Program-made: the position numbers and the translations under genes | In this document: positions 1-9,125 of the stretch, in pieces | Layout of the letters: the number at the start of each line of letters is the position of its first letter | How positions within the stretch are numbered: position 1 is the stretch's first letter | NCBI GenBank assembly: GCA_963706575.1 | Contig: CAVPNL010000006.1 | Span: 448,001-512,000 of the forward strand | Length of the DNA: 64,000 bases | Reading direction: 5' to 3' | Source of the DNA: an uncultured delta proteobacterium | GTDB lineage: Bacteria > Desulfobacterota > Desulfobacteria > Desulfobacterales > JAHEIW01 | Notes under the pieces: model-generated | Databases searched by the model: none | What the model saw: only the letters and a program-made list of their open reading frames with translations | What the model was told of the DNA's origin: nothing

Positions 1-1358
1 CCGTCATAAATTTTGGAATCAACGCCGGGCGGAACTTGAGCCTGCTCGCCTTCCAGCGGCTTGAGCGTCTTATAATCTTCCTCAAGGGACATGTTATCCA
101 CAAAACCCCGTCCGCCGGTGAAGTATTGAGCGCCCAGATGGATAAATTTCATCAGACTGGTTTTTGAAAGGGCCTGGTAAAAATTGCGACCCTCATACAG
201 TTGCGCTTTGATGTAACTGTTTTCAAACAAGTCGCTATAGGCTTGAAGGGCTTGCTGGTCAAAGCTTTCCTTTTCCTGCGCCGCCATGATGGCCTCCGCG
301 GCAAGCATGCCGGATTTCATGGAAACATGGATGCCTTTCAATCCCGGCATATACTGAATGCCGGCGCTGGCGCCGATAAACAGACCGCCGTCAACGGCCA
401 GTTTGGGCAATGTATAATATCCGCCGGTGGCAACCGCTCTGGCACCGGCCTCAACGACCTTGCCGCCCTTGATGATGTTGGCCACGAACGGATGGCTTTT
501 AAATTTGATAAAGGTCTCGTAAAGGTCCAGCAGGGGGTCTTCATAGCAAAGTCCGGTCAGAAACCCCAGTGTCAGGCGGTTGTCGCTCATCTGATAGATA
601 AACGCGCCGCCGGGTATATACAGCCCGATGGGGTAGCCCATTAAATGGATATCGTTGCCCTTGCTGGTTTTAAAATAATTGGACGCTTCAGGCAGTTCGA
701 TGACCTCTTCGATGCCGGTCTCAAACACCTGGGGCATTTTGCCCTCCATCAGGTTTAATTTTTGATCGATTTCCTTGAACAGACTGCCGCGGGCCCCCTC
801 TCCAAAGACGGTTACCTTGGCTTTCAAATCGATGCCGGGTTCAAAATTTGCTTTGGGTTCCCCGTCGGGCCCAATGCCCTGGTCGCCGGTGCGCACCCCG
901 ACAATGGTTTTGCCGTCATCGGCGTAAAGGACCTCCTTGCCGGCAAAACCGGGGAAAATATTGACACCCATCTCTTCCGCCAGCTGCCCCAGCCAGCGGG
1001 TGAACCGGGAAAGACTGATGATCAGACTGCCCGTGTTGTGCATCGGTTTGGGCACAAACGGCACCGGAATGGCTGAGGTTTCGGTTAAATAATAAAATTC
1101 ATCCCCTCTGACGGTGGCCTCAATGGGGCACCCTTTGTCCGCGTAATCCGGCACGAGCTCATTGAGGGCGATGGGATCCATGACGGCCCCGCTTAAGGCA
1201 TGGGAACCGATTTCGGCGCCTTTTTCGATCAGGGCCACTTCCAGCTCCAGATTTTTCTCCTTGGCCAATTGCATCAGTTTAATGGCACCCGCCAGACTGG
1301 CCGGGCCGCCGCCGACAAATAGCACGTCAAAATCGATACTTTCACGCTCTACGGTCAT
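1..1358 (-). CDS. Electron transfer flavoprotein-ubiquinone oxidoreductase (3' end runs off the window)
   Basis: Not in the ORF track because there is no stop inside the window. Manual translation from the ATG at 1358 gives MTVERESIDFDVLFVGGGPASLAGAIKL...EKGAEIGSHALSGAVMDP, with an FAD-binding GxGxxG-like motif and the ETF-QO N-terminal signature; in frame at ~650 it reads HLMGYPIGLYIPGGAFIY. Confidence 0.88.
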   Translation of the reverse strand, partial: MTVERESIDFDVLFVGGGPASLAGAIKLMQLAKEKNLELEVALIEKGAEIGSHALSGAVMDPIALNELVPDYADKGCPIEATVRGDEFYYLTETSAIPVPFVPKPMHNTGSLIISLSRFTRWLGQLAEEMGVNIFPGFAGKEVLYADDGKTIVGVRTGDQGIGPDGEPKANFEPGIDLKAKVTVFGEGARGSLFKEIDQKLNLMEGKMPQVFETGIEEVIELPEASNYFKTSKGNDIHLMGYPIGLYIPGGAFIYQMSDNRLTLGFLTGLCYEDPLLDLYETFIKFKSHPFVANIIKGGKVVEAGARAVATGGYYTLPKLAVDGGLFIGASAGIQYMPGLKGIHVSMKSGMLAAEAIMAAQEKESFDQQALQAYSDLFENSYIKAQLYEGRNFYQALSKTSLMKFIHLGAQYFTGGRGFVDNMSLEEDYKTLKPLEGEQAQVPPGVDSKIYD

Positions 1359-1514
1359 TGTTGTTACTCCTGTTTACGCTAAGTGTTTAAATTTATAATG
1401 TTAAAAAACGTCCAAGGCTGCACCCAAAAACACAAACGCTGATGTTTAGCATAATCCATGATCTTTGTAAATTATAAGATGTATTCTGAAAACCGAATAG
1501 CCCGTATCTTGTTC

Positions 1515-1550
1515 AAAAAAAAGACAGAGACACCGTCATCTCTGCCTTTT
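1515..1550. terminator. Probable intrinsic terminator downstream of the ZIP gene
   Basis: aaaaaaaagacagaga-caccgtca-tctctgcctttt hairpin; reads as a U-tract on the minus strand. Confidence 0.55.
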
Positions 1551-1569
1551 AGCCAATCATTTGTTCATC

Positions 1570-2382
1570 TTATCCCAGCGCAACGTCCAATGTCATCATG
1601 ACGGCGAAGCCGACCATGGCACCGATGGTAGCGATATCGGTATTTTTTTCCAGCTGCGACTCCGGAATCAGCTCTTCGACAACCACGTAGATCATTGCGC
1701 CGGCCGCAAAGGCTAAAGCATACGGCAATATCGGCTTTATCAGGATGACCGCCAAAGCTCCCGCAACACCTGCAATCGGTTCAACAACGCCGGACAGTTG
1801 ACCGTACCAGAAGCTCTTTAAACGCGAAAATCCTTCGCGGCGCAGCGGAACAGAAACTGCAGCGCCCTCCGGGAAATTTTGAATGCCGATACCCAGCGCC
1901 AGCGCGATCGCTCCGGCCAGGGAAGCGGCAGGTAAATCTGATGCCAGTGCACCAAAAGCCACCCCGACCGCCAGACCTTCCGGTATATTGTGCAGCGTTA
2001 TGGCCAGGACCAACAGCACGCTGCGGTGCCAGCTGGTTTTAATGCCCTCGGCTTCCTCCCTGGGAAAACCCAGGTGCAGATGCGGAAGTATTTTATCGAT
2101 AATCCACAGAAAGAATCCACCCATTAAAAATCCGACTGTGGCCGGCACCCAAGCCGGCAAACTGCCCTCTTCAGCCATTTCAATGGCGGGCGCCAGCAGA
2201 GACCAATAACTGGCGGCGATCATAACACCCGCCGCAAAACCGAGCATGCCGTCCAATACTTTTCGCCTGATAGTCTTGAAAAAGAAAACAAGACCGGCGC
2301 CCAGGGCGGTTAAAAACCAGGTAAACAAGGTTGCAACCAATGCTTGCCCAACCGGGTTCAATCCTGAAAACCAGTCAACCAT
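1570..2382 (-). CDS. ZIP family (GufA/ZupT-like) divalent metal transporter
   Basis: Hydrophobic 270 aa protein with [11 protein letters not shown] and IQNFPEG motifs. Confidence 0.93.
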   Translation of the reverse strand: MVDWFSGLNPVGQALVATLFTWFLTALGAGLVFFFKTIRRKVLDGMLGFAAGVMIAASYWSLLAPAIEMAEEGSLPAWVPATVGFLMGGFFLWIIDKILPHLHLGFPREEAEGIKTSWHRSVLLVLAITLHNIPEGLAVGVAFGALASDLPAASLAGAIALALGIGIQNFPEGAAVSVPLRREGFSRLKSFWYGQLSGVVEPIAGVAGALAVILIKPILPYALAFAAGAMIYVVVEELIPESQLEKNTDIATIGAMVGFAVMMTLDVALG

Positions 2383-2471
2383 TTTATTTCCTCCTTATCG
2401 AGCGATCGCAAATAAACTTCTTTATTGCATCTTTAACGTCAAAGTGAAAAAGTTTTTACCCTGAGGATATA

Positions 2472-2499
2472 ATTATATCTTTCGCCTTCGGACGGTCAA
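2472..2499 (-). promoter_or_regulatory. Sigma70-like promoter for the ZIP gene
   Basis: TTGACC-N16-TATAAT on the minus strand about 90 bp upstream of the start; an imperfect palindrome (TTTTACCCT-G-AGGATATAA) lies just downstream of the -10. Confidence 0.5.
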
Positions 2500-2675
2500 G
2501 GAAAACTCATAAAGATAATGATAAAAGCAGGATTGAGTCTTTTTCTAACAAGCGGGTGCAGCCGGTTTGACCCAATTTGCGGCGGTCCTTATTTTTTCAG
2601 GTGTAAATTCTATTGAATCTTCCCCGTTTTTTTACTAAATGTATGAGTTCAAACCCACCCGGGGAAAATGTCTTT

Positions 2676-4070
2676 ATGAAATTGTATCTCTACAATTCGC
2701 TGACAAGGAAAAAGGAAGAATTTAAGCCCATCAAGCCCGGCAAGGTCGGTCTGTATACCTGCGGGCCGACGGTTTACAATTATGCCCATATCGGAAATTT
2801 GCGCACTTACATTTTCGAAGACATCCTGAAGCGTGTGCTGGCTTACAACGATTATGCGGTCAAGCATGTCATGAACATCACCGATGTGGGGCACCTGACC
2901 GGTGATCGCGATATGGGCGAAGACAAGATGGAAAAGGGTGCGGCCCGGGAGGGCAAAAGTGCCTGGGATATTGCTGATTTTTACACCCAGGCCTTTAAAA
3001 AGGACATAAGCCATCTCAACATTCTGGCGCCGGACATCTGGGTCAAGGCCACCGATACCATACCGGAACAGATTGCCCTGGTCGCAACTTTGGAAGAAAA
3101 AGGTTACACCTACCGGACCGATGACGGTATTTATTTTGATACTGCCAAATTCAAGGATTACACCAAGCTGTCCCATCAGGACCTTGAAGCGCTCAAGGAA
3201 GGTGCCCGGGTAGAACGCAACCCCGAAAAACGCAATCCGACTGATTTTGCCCTCTGGAAGTTCTCCCCGCAAGGTTCAAAACGGCAGATGGAATGGGACT
3301 CCCCCTGGGGCGTGGGCTTTCCGGGCTGGCATCTGGAGTGCTCGGCCATGAGCATGAAATTTTTAGGCGACCAGCTGGACATTCACTGCGGCGGCACCGA
3401 TCACATCGATGTTCACCACACCAATGAAATTGCACAATCAGAAGCGGCTACAGGCAAACCTTTTTTTAATTTCTGGATGCACGGGGCCTTTCTCATCATT
3501 CAGGGCGGCAAAAAAATGGCCAAAAGCGAGGGAAACTTTCTGACACTCGAAAATGCTTTTCTTAAAAATGATATCAACCCGTTAGTCTACCGCTTTGCGT
3601 CTTTTTTAACCCATTACCGCAAACCTATGGAATACAGCGATGAGGGCCTGGAGGCCGCGCGCAATGGCTTGCTGCATGTGCAAAACCAGGTGCGCCAGAT
3701 CGCTGCTGCCGGCGTTGACGCCGAAACATCCGTTAGCGCTGTCTTTAAAAGCAAATTCAGCGAAGCCGTCAACGATGATTTAAATATGCCCCGGGCCATG
3801 GCGGTTATCCAGGAGATGCTCAAAAGCAAGATCAGCGATGCTCAAAAGTACAGCACCATTTTAGATTTTGACCGGGTGCTGGGGTTGCAGCTGGATCAGC
3901 TCGATCAAGCGCAAGCCTTGCCCGCAGCGGTTCAAAAATTGGTGGAGGCTCGCCAGCAGGCCCGGCAAGCCAGCGATTTTGCAGCTTCCGATCAACTGCG
4001 CGCTGAAATTGAAGCGTTGGGCTATCAGGTCCAGGACACCAAAGATGGCATGAAGGTCGTAAAGAAATAA
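2676..4070 (+). CDS. cysS: Cysteine--tRNA ligase
   Basis: CGPTVY, HIGN, PGWHLECSAM and KMAKS motifs; start placed at MKLYLYN. Confidence 0.97.
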   Translation: MKLYLYNSLTRKKEEFKPIKPGKVGLYTCGPTVYNYAHIGNLRTYIFEDILKRVLAYNDYAVKHVMNITDVGHLTGDRDMGEDKMEKGAAREGKSAWDIADFYTQAFKKDISHLNILAPDIWVKATDTIPEQIALVATLEEKGYTYRTDDGIYFDTAKFKDYTKLSHQDLEALKEGARVERNPEKRNPTDFALWKFSPQGSKRQMEWDSPWGVGFPGWHLECSAMSMKFLGDQLDIHCGGTDHIDVHHTNEIAQSEAATGKPFFNFWMHGAFLIIQGGKKMAKSEGNFLTLENAFLKNDINPLVYRFASFLTHYRKPMEYSDEGLEAARNGLLHVQNQVRQIAAAGVDAETSVSAVFKSKFSEAVNDDLNMPRAMAVIQEMLKSKISDAQKYSTILDFDRVLGLQLDQLDQAQALPAAVQKLVEARQQARQASDFAASDQLRAEIEALGYQVQDTKDGMKVVKK

Positions 4071-4333
4071 TATTTTTTGTACTCACCCTTTCCTGAAGCC
4101 AATTTCTTTATTCGTCACAAGGTGCATTTTCTTGACTATTCAATGGTTATATCATATTTACCCTATGATGAGGCCGGCACCGCAGCCAAGCTGATTTTTC
4201 GACTAAAGTTATCTCCTGTTGAGTTGTCTCCAGCTGAATTTTAGACTGATTCCACATTTACGGTTACCCGTTTACTCTCAAAACAGGTCTCAGACGAAAA
4301 CTCTGAATCGAATTCCTAAAGGAGGTAAAGACC

Positions 4334-4981
4334 ATGTTGGTAAAATCCCGAATGAGCACGTATCCCCTGACGATTGGCCCGGACGAGTCCCTTTCAGACG
4401 CACATAACTATATGCGTGAGCAAAAAGTAAGACATTTGCCCGTGGTGAATCCGGATGATAAGATGCTTGGATTGATTGCCGAAGATGATCTGCTCAAGGC
4501 CGAACCCTCCAGTGCGACCTCATTGAGTGTGTGGGAGATTCATCATCTGCTGATGGAAGTCAAAGTGAAAACCGTCATGGTAAAGAATGTCATAACAACA
4601 ACAGAGGATACCCCCATTGAGGAAGCCGCGCACCTGATGCTTGACAATAAAATAGGTTGTCTGCCGGTGATGCGGGATGACAAGCTGGTGGGTATCATCA
4701 CTGAAAGCGATATCTTCCGTACTTTCATGGAATTGTTTGCCGCACGGGAAAAAGGCCTGCGAATCACGCTGGAGAGCCCAAACAAGGCCGGGGGATTAGC
4801 AAAGATTACAAAAGCGGTGGCGGATGAAGGCGGCTACATATCCGCATGTGGGACCTTTAACCTGGAGGATACCACTAAAAAAGGGGTTGCCCTCAAAGTA
4901 AGAAATGTGGACCGCGACATTCTAACCGACGCGCTGTCGAAGGTTGAGGGGTTAGCGATCATCGACATCCGTAAGATCTAG
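4334..4981 (+). CDS. CBS-pair plus ACT-like domain protein (AcuB-like)
   Basis: Two CBS motifs (VRHLPVV, IGCLPVM...GIITESDI) and a C-terminal ACT-like region; GGAGG RBS. Confidence 0.85.
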   Translation: MLVKSRMSTYPLTIGPDESLSDAHNYMREQKVRHLPVVNPDDKMLGLIAEDDLLKAEPSSATSLSVWEIHHLLMEVKVKTVMVKNVITTTEDTPIEEAAHLMLDNKIGCLPVMRDDKLVGIITESDIFRTFMELFAAREKGLRITLESPNKAGGLAKITKAVADEGGYISACGTFNLEDTTKKGVALKVRNVDRDILTDALSKVEGLAIIDIRKI

Positions 4982-5185
4982 TTTGCGTATTTCTTCTTTT
5001 CGAAGATTGGACTGACACCAGCTGGGCAAAACCAAATGATAGTCTTGCCTTCAAGCGCGGAAGACTGCCCTGACCGTATGGGGCATCTTCCGAGGCCCTT
5101 GTATACCACTCTATTCATTTTATTCAAATCTCCCACCTGATTCCAGCAAACCGGTTGCACAAATCAATTTTAAAAGCAGTTTCAA

Positions 5186-5221
5186 TTGACAATCATAACA
5201 AAATGCAACATATTTGCATTT
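5186..5221 (+). promoter_or_regulatory. znu promoter with overlapping Zur-type operator
   Basis: TTGACA (5186) N17 CATATT, overlapped by the palindrome AAATGCAA-CATAT-TTGCATTT (5201-5221), which resembles the deltaproteobacterial Zur box ATGCAAC-N3-GTTGCAT; lies upstream of a Zn ABC operon. Confidence 0.7.
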
Positions 5222-5268
5222 AGCAGGATAAATTTTCTTGTTGGCAACATTTTTTATCAGGATAGATA

Positions 5269-5568
5269 CTAGAATCTCAAAATTAGCAGTTTATCTTGGA
5301 AGACAGAGAAAAAAGTTCCAAAGGTGCTCTAAAGTTAGAAGTGCCTAAAATGCCTAAAATGAGCTAAAATGCCTAAAGTTAAGGTTTCGCTCGCGCTCCG
5401 TCTTTATTTAATATGATCGTTCGACCCAGAGGCTCTCGACGGGTAGAATTCCTCAACTTTAGGCATTTTAGATCATTTTAAATTTTAGTGCATTTGTTGT
5501 TATAAGCACTTTTTTTAGGTTTAAAACTTTAGCGTCCGATGTTAAATGCATTTTTGAGATAGGTCCTA
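5269..5568. mobile_element. MITE-like composite element, copy 1
   Basis: Ends ctagaatctcaaaa / ttttgagataggtcctaa; inner inverted arms of (aaaatgcct/aaaatgagct)n; homologous to 18106-18407. Confidence 0.7.
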
Positions 5569-6483
5569 ATGATGTGGCTGAATCAACGGAAGCTTGTTTT
5601 ATTCGCTATATTCTTGGTTTCGGCGATTTTTTTGTTCCCCTGCGGTGGGCATGCCCAGGCCGGCAAAAAGCTGACGGTGTTTGTGAGCATCCCACCCCAA
5701 AAATATTTTCTGCAACAAATTGGCAAGCAACGGGTGGATGTTCAGGTGATGGTTCAACCGGGGGCCAGCCCGGCGACTTACGAACCCAGGCCACGGCAGA
5801 TGGCCGCAATTTCCAGGACGCATATCTATTTTGCGATCGGGGTACCCTTTGAAAAAACCTGGCTGGAAAAAATTGCGGCAGCCAACCGCGACATGCAGGT
5901 GGTGCATACCGACCATGGCATCCAAAAAATCCCCATGGCAGCAAATTACACCAAATCTGAAGACCACCGGGGAAAAGACCATCAAGGCCATCTCGGCGAG
6001 CTTGATCCTCACATCTGGCTGTCGCCAGCATTGGTGATGACCCAGGCGCGCACAATTTTGAATGCTTTAGTTGAAATTGATCCGGACCATAGCGCGATAT
6101 ATGAAGCCAACACTAAGGACTTTGTCTCAAAACTTGCGGCTTTGGATGCCGACCTCAAAAATACTTTTGCAGGCAAACAGGGATTTCAATTTATGGTCTT
6201 TCACCCGTCCTGGGGCTATTTTGCCCGTAACTATGGTTTGCAACAGGTGCCGGTCGAAATTGAAGGCAAAGACCCCAAGCCGGCTCAGCTCAAAGCGCTG
6301 ATCGAGTATGCCCACAAGAAGCATATCCATATCATCTTTGTGCAACCGCAGTTTTCATCCAGGAGCGCCGAGCGGGTAGCAAAAGAAATTGGCGGACAGG
6401 TGATATTTGCCGATCCGCTGGCTTCCGATTGGTTGGCTAACCTTCGCGAGGTCGCGCAAAAATTCAAAGTGGCACTAAAATAG
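5569..6483 (+). CDS. znuA: Zinc ABC transporter substrate-binding protein
   Basis: Signal peptide, His-rich loop, DPHIWLSP and VFHPSWGYF motifs. Confidence 0.9.
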   Translation: MMWLNQRKLVLFAIFLVSAIFLFPCGGHAQAGKKLTVFVSIPPQKYFLQQIGKQRVDVQVMVQPGASPATYEPRPRQMAAISRTHIYFAIGVPFEKTWLEKIAAANRDMQVVHTDHGIQKIPMAANYTKSEDHRGKDHQGHLGELDPHIWLSPALVMTQARTILNALVEIDPDHSAIYEANTKDFVSKLAALDADLKNTFAGKQGFQFMVFHPSWGYFARNYGLQQVPVEIEGKDPKPAQLKALIEYAHKKHIHIIFVQPQFSSRSAERVAKEIGGQVIFADPLASDWLANLREVAQKFKVALK

Positions 6484-6489
6484 AACCCT

Positions 6490-7266
6490 ATGAAAGATTT
6501 AATTGTTGAGATAAAGAACGTCTGTTTTGCCTACAACGGGAAAACGGTACTCGAAGACATCAGCCTGGATATCCGGCAAGAAGATTTTATTGCCATGATC
6601 GGTCCCAACGGCGGGGGCAAAACCACCCTGTTGAAACTCATGCTGGGTCTGCTTAAACCGGATAAAGGTTCTATCCGGGTCCTGGGAGATACCACCGAAA
6701 AGGCATCTCACCACATCGGTTACGTGTCCCAGGACGTTCACATCAACCGCAGCTTTCCTATAACCGCTATGGATATCGTTCTTATGGGCAAGCTGAAACC
6801 CAATAGAAGAAGGGCCAAAAGTTCCGCTCAGGATCACGAGGAGGCCTTCGACACCCTGAAGCGAATGGAAATTGACGCATTTGCGGACAGCAAAATCGGT
6901 GAGCTTTCAGGCGGTCAGCGCCAGCGCGTTTTTATAGCCAGGGCGCTGGTTACCCAACCAAAAGTGCTGCTTCTGGATGAACCCACGGCCAGCATCGATG
7001 CCAAAGGCCAGGCTGAATTTTACCGATTGCTAAAAGCTCTAAATAAAGGCATACCGATTCTTGTGGTTAGCCACGATCTCGTGGCGATTTCAACCTACGT
7101 CAAATCCGTTGCCTGTGTAAACAAGCGGCTGCATTATCACAACCAGGCGGAAATTACCGGTGAGATGCTGGAAGAGATGTACCCCTGCACCGATGAGGAT
7201 GTCTGCCCGGTCGAACTGATCGCCCACGGGCTGCCTCACCGGGTTTTGAAACATCACCAGGACTAA
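6490..7266 (+). CDS. znuC: Zinc ABC transporter ATP-binding protein
   Basis: GPNGGGKTT, LSGGQRQR and LLLDEP motifs; Cys/His-rich tail. Confidence 0.9.
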   Translation: MKDLIVEIKNVCFAYNGKTVLEDISLDIRQEDFIAMIGPNGGGKTTLLKLMLGLLKPDKGSIRVLGDTTEKASHHIGYVSQDVHINRSFPITAMDIVLMGKLKPNRRRAKSSAQDHEEAFDTLKRMEIDAFADSKIGELSGGQRQRVFIARALVTQPKVLLLDEPTASIDAKGQAEFYRLLKALNKGIPILVVSHDLVAISTYVKSVACVNKRLHYHNQAEITGEMLEEMYPCTDEDVCPVELIAHGLPHRVLKHHQD

Positions 7267-7284
7267 GCTCAGGGCCTTGCCCTA

Positions 7285-7427
7285 TTGGAATGTTGGAAGA
7301 ATGGGCACGAAGTGAAGCTTTAGCGCTATTGCGGGATGATGAATTTTAAGAAAACGGAATTCAAAGCGCATAATTTCGCATTTATTTTCTTGTTTCTATA
7401 CCCAATATTCCAGTATTCCATCATTCC
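7285..7427. repeat. Inverted pair of 8-bp-period tandem repeats
   Basis: ttggaatgttggaagaatggg ... cccaatattccagtattccatcattcc, between znuC and znuB. Confidence 0.65.
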
Positions 7428-7504
7428 TTGTGTTTTATAAATGAACATGACCACAAAAAGTAATATCGTTCCAGTAAGTTGTTCAAGTTCCGAGACATGG
7501 ACTT

Positions 7505-8350
7505 ATGTTCGAAGCACTGCAATATGAATTTATGCGTAATGCACTGGCTGCCGGATTGCTGGCCAGCGTCATCTGCGGAATAATGGGAACCCTGGTGGTG
7601 GTCAATCGGATTGTTTTTCTGTCCGGCGGGATTGCCCATGCCGCCTTTGGTGGGATTGGCCTATCCTTTTTTCTGGGTTGGCATTATCTGGTCGGCACGC
7701 TCGGATTTTCCATTGCGGCTGCGATGGTTATGGCGGCTGTCAGTCTGAAAGCCAAACACCGGGCCGACACCATTATTGGTGTTATCTGGGCGGTCGGGAT
7801 GGCGCTTGGCATCATACTGCTGGACTTGACTCCCGGATATAATGTGGATCTGATGAGCTATCTGTTCGGCAGCATTCTGACGGTTCCGGGATCGGATCTA
7901 TGGGTTATGCTGGTGATCGGTGCGTTCATTGGCGGTTTTGTGATATATTTTTATAAAGATCTGCTGGCGATTTCTTACGATGAGGAATTTGCCCGGATTC
8001 GAGGGGTGCCGATTCGCGCGCTTTATTTTGCGCTCATCGGCATGTTAGCCGTAAGCATTGTGCTAATTATCCAGATCGTGGGTTTGATTTTGGTGATTGC
8101 GCTGCTAACCATTCCGCCGTTCATGGTCGAAAAGTATGCCAAATCCCTTTTTCAAATGATGATGGGCTCCAGTCTGCTAGGGGCTGTATTTACGATCTGC
8201 GGCCTATGGCTGTCCTACGCTTTTGATTTGACATCAGGCGCATCCATCATTCTGGTTGCCGGTATTGCCTTTTTCCTTTTCTTTTTGATTGACCACCTGG
8301 TCGTCAGCCGCCGGCAGAATTCAAAACAGGTTCCCACCGCCCGCTCATGA
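7505..8350 (+). CDS. znuB: Zinc ABC transporter permease
   Basis: GGIAHAAFGG and LMSYLFGSIL motifs of ABC-3 permeases. Confidence 0.9.
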   Translation: MFEALQYEFMRNALAAGLLASVICGIMGTLVVVNRIVFLSGGIAHAAFGGIGLSFFLGWHYLVGTLGFSIAAAMVMAAVSLKAKHRADTIIGVIWAVGMALGIILLDLTPGYNVDLMSYLFGSILTVPGSDLWVMLVIGAFIGGFVIYFYKDLLAISYDEEFARIRGVPIRALYFALIGMLAVSIVLIIQIVGLILVIALLTIPPFMVEKYAKSLFQMMMGSSLLGAVFTICGLWLSYAFDLTSGASIILVAGIAFFLFFLIDHLVVSRRQNSKQVPTARS

Positions 8351-8359
8351 GGAGTTAAC

Positions 8360-8809
8360 ATGTGCCACCAATGTGATTATTCTGAACTTTTAAAGGCCTG
8401 TGATCTGGGGGTAACCCGTAACCGCCTTCGCGTTCTGGAAATAATCGGCAGCCATAACTTCCCACTTTCTGTCGCTGAAATACACAAAACCCTGGGGCGC
8501 AACACTTCGATCAATCGTGTGACGGTCTATCGGATACTTGATTTGCTCGTGGAGCGTGGATTGGTCCAACGGCTGAGCGGTGGCGGGCGCTCATTTGTTT
8601 ACGGTCTGGCCCCCAGCGATTATCATCCGGCACACCCGCATTTTTACTGTAAAAGCTGCGGCCATCTGGAATGTTTAAAACCGCAGAGTCTTAAGGTGGA
8701 CACCAAGCCAATGCAACACACCTTCCCGGGCCTAATCGAGAACGTAGAAGTGCGTGTCGACGGTGTCTGCCAAACCTGCCTGCAAACTAATAAAAATGCG
8801 CTTCATTAA
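8360..8809 (+). CDS. Fur family transcriptional regulator, probably Zur
   Basis: TVYRILDLL helix, HPHFYCKSCG and a C-terminal CxxC; last gene of the znu operon. Confidence 0.85.
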   Translation: MCHQCDYSELLKACDLGVTRNRLRVLEIIGSHNFPLSVAEIHKTLGRNTSINRVTVYRILDLLVERGLVQRLSGGGRSFVYGLAPSDYHPAHPHFYCKSCGHLECLKPQSLKVDTKPMQHTFPGLIENVEVRVDGVCQTCLQTNKNALH

Positions 8810-8837
8810 ATACAAATACCCACAGGCGATCATCCAA

Positions 8838-8880
8838 ACACACAAAGGCAGAACCATTAAACGGTTCTGCCTTTGTGTGT
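8838..8880. terminator. Strong hairpin, probable terminator
   Basis: 18-bp perfect stem ACACACAAAGGCAGAACC / GGTTCTGCCTTTGTGTGT between convergent genes. Confidence 0.7.
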
Positions 8881-9125
8881 TGTTTGGTTAAACTGGTTTC
8901 TGAGGTTTTAGTTTTTGTTCGCTGGCCCCCGCTGGCAAGCGGGATTTCACTTCTTGATCTTATACATTATGGAGTTCAAAAGGCTTGAGGAAGAGAATTA
9001 GCGGGGCTAACTGCTGAGGATTGAAAATATTCAGACATAGAATAAATGCGAATTCTATTGTCAAATACGAATAACGAATAACCAATAACTGATAACTAAC
9101 AAAAATTTTTTCAAAAAAATTTTTG

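Noticed and set aside
201..1398. Plus-strand ORFs at 201-644, 762-1076 and 1162-1398
   Set aside because: These are antisense shadows of the ETF-QO gene; the same applies to most short overlapping ORFs in the track.
5325..5495. Tandem repeats considered as a CRISPR array
   Set aside because: The units are 6-10 bp with no unique spacers, and no cas genes are present in the window.
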